A DNA stretch of 64,000 nt from an uncultured delta proteobacterium (GTDB taxonomy: Bacteria > Myxococcota_A > Polyangia > Palsa-1104). The notes under the pieces are model-generated. The model saw only the letters and a list, made by a program, of their open reading frames with translations, was not told the DNA's origin and ran no database searches. The stretch is taken from assembly GCA_963816965.1 (NCBI GenBank), contig CAWFMP010000002.1, forward strand, positions 875,673-939,672, in the 5' to 3' direction. The first letter of the stretch is position 1; each line of letters starts with the position of its first letter. Positions 62,151 to 64,000 of the stretch are shown here, piece by piece. The position numbers and the translations under genes are program-made.

Positions 62151-62330
62151 GTGCTGCGGAGCTCGCCCAGCGGGGCAGAGCGCACGGGGCCTCTGTGCAA
62201 CCCAAGCGGGCGCAAACTGAAGACCTGAACCGGGGAGGCGATCGGGCTGGCAGGCAAGGGGTCGAATCGAGCACAGCGGTCCGCTGGTGAGGACTGTTTG
62301 AGCCGAGCGGGGCAGAGCGTGCGGGGCCGG
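62150..62330. repeat. family A MITE-like element, copy 5 (rearranged: right-end fragment + inverted copy with ~50-bp insertion)
   Basis: GTGCTGCGGAGCTCGCCCAGCGGGGCAG... followed by inverted CAGGCAAGGGGTCGAATCGAGCACAGCGG...GACTGTTTGAGCCGAGCGGGGCAGAGCGTGCGGGGCC. Confidence 0.7.
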
Positions 62331-62350
62331 ACGTGCCCTGCCCGGAGCGC

Positions 62351-63445
62351 CTACAAAGAGCGCCTACGACGTCGGACGCCGTAGTAGGTCAGCCACGCGG
62401 CGGCGAGCAGCAGCCACAGCCACAGCGCTCCGCCGACCGTGTCGCGGCCGCCGATGGCGCAGCCGTGATGGGCCATCGGCGGAGCGCACATGCTCTTGCC
62501 GTTGACGTCGCTGCACTGCGTGCCGGTCGGGCAGCCCGAGCTCATCGCCGACGGATCACACGGCTGCGCGCAGATCTTGCCGCTGCCACCGTCGAGGCAG
62601 GGCAGCGAGCCGCAGTCGCTGTCGCTGGTGCAGGCGCCGCCGGGGGCGACGGGCGGCGGGTCGAACATCGCCACGTACGAGTCGACGAAGCTGGCGTAGG
62701 CGTCGATGCGCGTGTCGGTCGAGGCCATGTCGACCGGGCAGCCGACGTAGCCGACCTGCGTGATGCCGATGATGCGCTCGGTGCCGTCGAGCGGCAGCAA
62801 CGTGGGGCCGCCCGAGTCGCCCTCGCAGTTGGAGTGCATCTTGTCGTACAGGGTCAGCGTCTGCGCCTGGAAGTCGAACAGCGCGGTCGGCGCCTGGTGG
62901 CGCGTGCCGGCGGTGGCGCCGGTCGAGTCGTTGCCCATGGTCAGCCCGTAGCCGACGATGCGCACCGCCTGCCCCTTGGCGCTCGTCGGCAGGGCGAAGT
63001 GGTTGAACGGGATGGGCGTGATCGCCGTCGGCGTGGCGAGGATGAGCACGCCGACGTCGTCCTGGTCGCCGCCGGTCATCGGGTTGTAGCCGAACGTCGG
63101 CACGAAGTGCGACTCGGTGACCTTGATGAGCTCGTCGGCCGGCGGCGCGCTGTTGGGCAGCATGGTGCCGGTGAAGATGGTGAACTGCGCGCCGGCACCG
63201 ACGGTGTCGGGCGACATGCAGTGGGCCGCGGTCATGACGACGTGGGGCGAGATGACCTCGCCGGTGCACAGCGAGCCGGTCGACTGTCCGGGCACCTGGG
63301 CGAACACCAGCACCACCGCCGGATCGCCGTCGTCGACGGTGCCGTTGATGATCGACTGTTGGAGCTGTCCCGGCGGCGGCGTCCCCGTGCAGGCGGCGAG
63401 CGCGAGCGCGGCCAGGACGATGAGGCGATGGTTCCTGTGCGTCAT
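62351..63445 (-). CDS. secreted trypsin-like (S1) serine protease with Cys-rich linker and MYXO-CTERM-type sorting tail
   Basis: Lipoprotein-like signal; TAAHC and GDSGGP catalytic motifs; C-terminal GCAIGGRDTVGGALWLWLLLAAAWLTYYGVRRRRRSL. Confidence 0.85.
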   Translation of the reverse strand: MTHRNHRLIVLAALALAACTGTPPPGQLQQSIINGTVDDGDPAVVLVFAQVPGQSTGSLCTGEVISPHVVMTAAHCMSPDTVGAGAQFTIFTGTMLPNSAPPADELIKVTESHFVPTFGYNPMTGGDQDDVGVLILATPTAITPIPFNHFALPTSAKGQAVRIVGYGLTMGNDSTGATAGTRHQAPTALFDFQAQTLTLYDKMHSNCEGDSGGPTLLPLDGTERIIGITQVGYVGCPVDMASTDTRIDAYASFVDSYVAMFDPPPVAPGGACTSDSDCGSLPCLDGGSGKICAQPCDPSAMSSGCPTGTQCSDVNGKSMCAPPMAHHGCAIGGRDTVGGALWLWLLLAAAWLTYYGVRRRRRSL

Positions 63446-63497
63446 GGGTGGATGATAGTCGGAATATTCGGTGGCTGTGAACGTCTATACTGTCGTC

Positions 63498-64000
63498 ATG
63501 CGAACGATGGTGGTGTTGGCGGCGCTGGCCGCGGTGGCGCAGGCCCAGGAGAAGAAGCCTGCGGGGGCGGCGACGGTCGTCGCCCGCGTGCAGAAATACT
63601 ACGACTCCACCCGCGATCTGCACGCGAAGTTCGAGCAGCATGTCGACACGGCCTCGCGCGCCCCGTCCAAGGCGTCGGGCGAGGTGTGGCTGAAGAAGCC
63701 GGGCAAGATGCGCTGGGACTACGCCACGCCGGAGAAGAAGCTCATGGTCTCCGACGGGTCGACGCTATGGGTCTACGTGCCCGAGGACGAGCAGGCGTAC
63801 CGGCAGGATCTGCGGGGCAACGCGCTGCCGGCGCAGGTGTCGTTCCTGCTCGGCGAGGGCCGGCTCGACAAGGAGTTCGACGCCAGCCTGACCAAGCTCG
63901 ACGGCGTCGCCGCCGACGACCTGGCGCTCAAGATGGTCCCCAAGGTCGGCACCACCGCGTACCGCTACATCGTCTTCGTCGTCGACGGCAAGAGCGGGCA
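63498..64000 (+). CDS. lolA: outer-membrane lipoprotein carrier protein LolA (3'-truncated by window end)
   Basis: Signal peptide MRTMVVLAALAAVAQA; VQKYYDSTRDLHAKFEQ and GKMRWDYATPEKKLMVSDGSTLWVY typical of LolA. Confidence 0.8.
   Translation, partial: MRTMVVLAALAAVAQAQEKKPAGAATVVARVQKYYDSTRDLHAKFEQHVDTASRAPSKASGEVWLKKPGKMRWDYATPEKKLMVSDGSTLWVYVPEDEQAYRQDLRGNALPAQVSFLLGEGRLDKEFDASLTKLDGVAADDLALKMVPKVGTTAYRYIVFVVDGKSG

Overview
This is a very high-GC (about 70%) bacterial chromosomal segment, almost certainly from a myxobacterium (Myxococcota). Supporting signs are a MYXO-CTERM-type sorting tail on a secreted S1 protease, many TPR, ECF-sigma and Ser/Thr-kinase genes, and Cys-rich lipoproteins. 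About 55 protein-coding genes can be supported and are listed below. I saw no rRNA, no convincing tRNA and no CRISPR array.

The most striking locus is a tightly coupled four-gene operon at 3862-10392. It encodes an HscC-like Hsp70, a TPR protein carrying a Lon-type S16 peptidase domain with no AAA+ module, a large TPR and membrane-anchored J-domain protein, and a small P-loop NTPase. All three junctions have overlapping stop and start codons. Directly downstream lies a roughly 0.9 kb non-coding stretch packed with at least three different MITE-like inverted-repeat elements.

Other notable observations:
- A dispersed 118-bp element with perfect 27-bp terminal inverted repeats occurs five times in the window.
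- A peroxiredoxin-like (PRX-like2) redoxin gene has an in-frame TGA at the redox-Cys position followed by a SECIS-like hairpin, making it a candidate selenoprotein.
- A RiPP-type radical SAM/SPASM enzyme sits next to a YdeI/DUF1905 protein.
- A secreted caspase-like protease gene is bracketed by ECF sigma factor genes.

Many otherwise well-conserved genes (ssb, uvrC, ftsK, CBS, CGL, astA-like, GH13, GT39, the radical SAM gene) need one or more frameshifts to restore their reading frame. This pattern looks more like indel errors in a draft assembly than real pseudogenes. Coordinates for those genes are therefore approximate.
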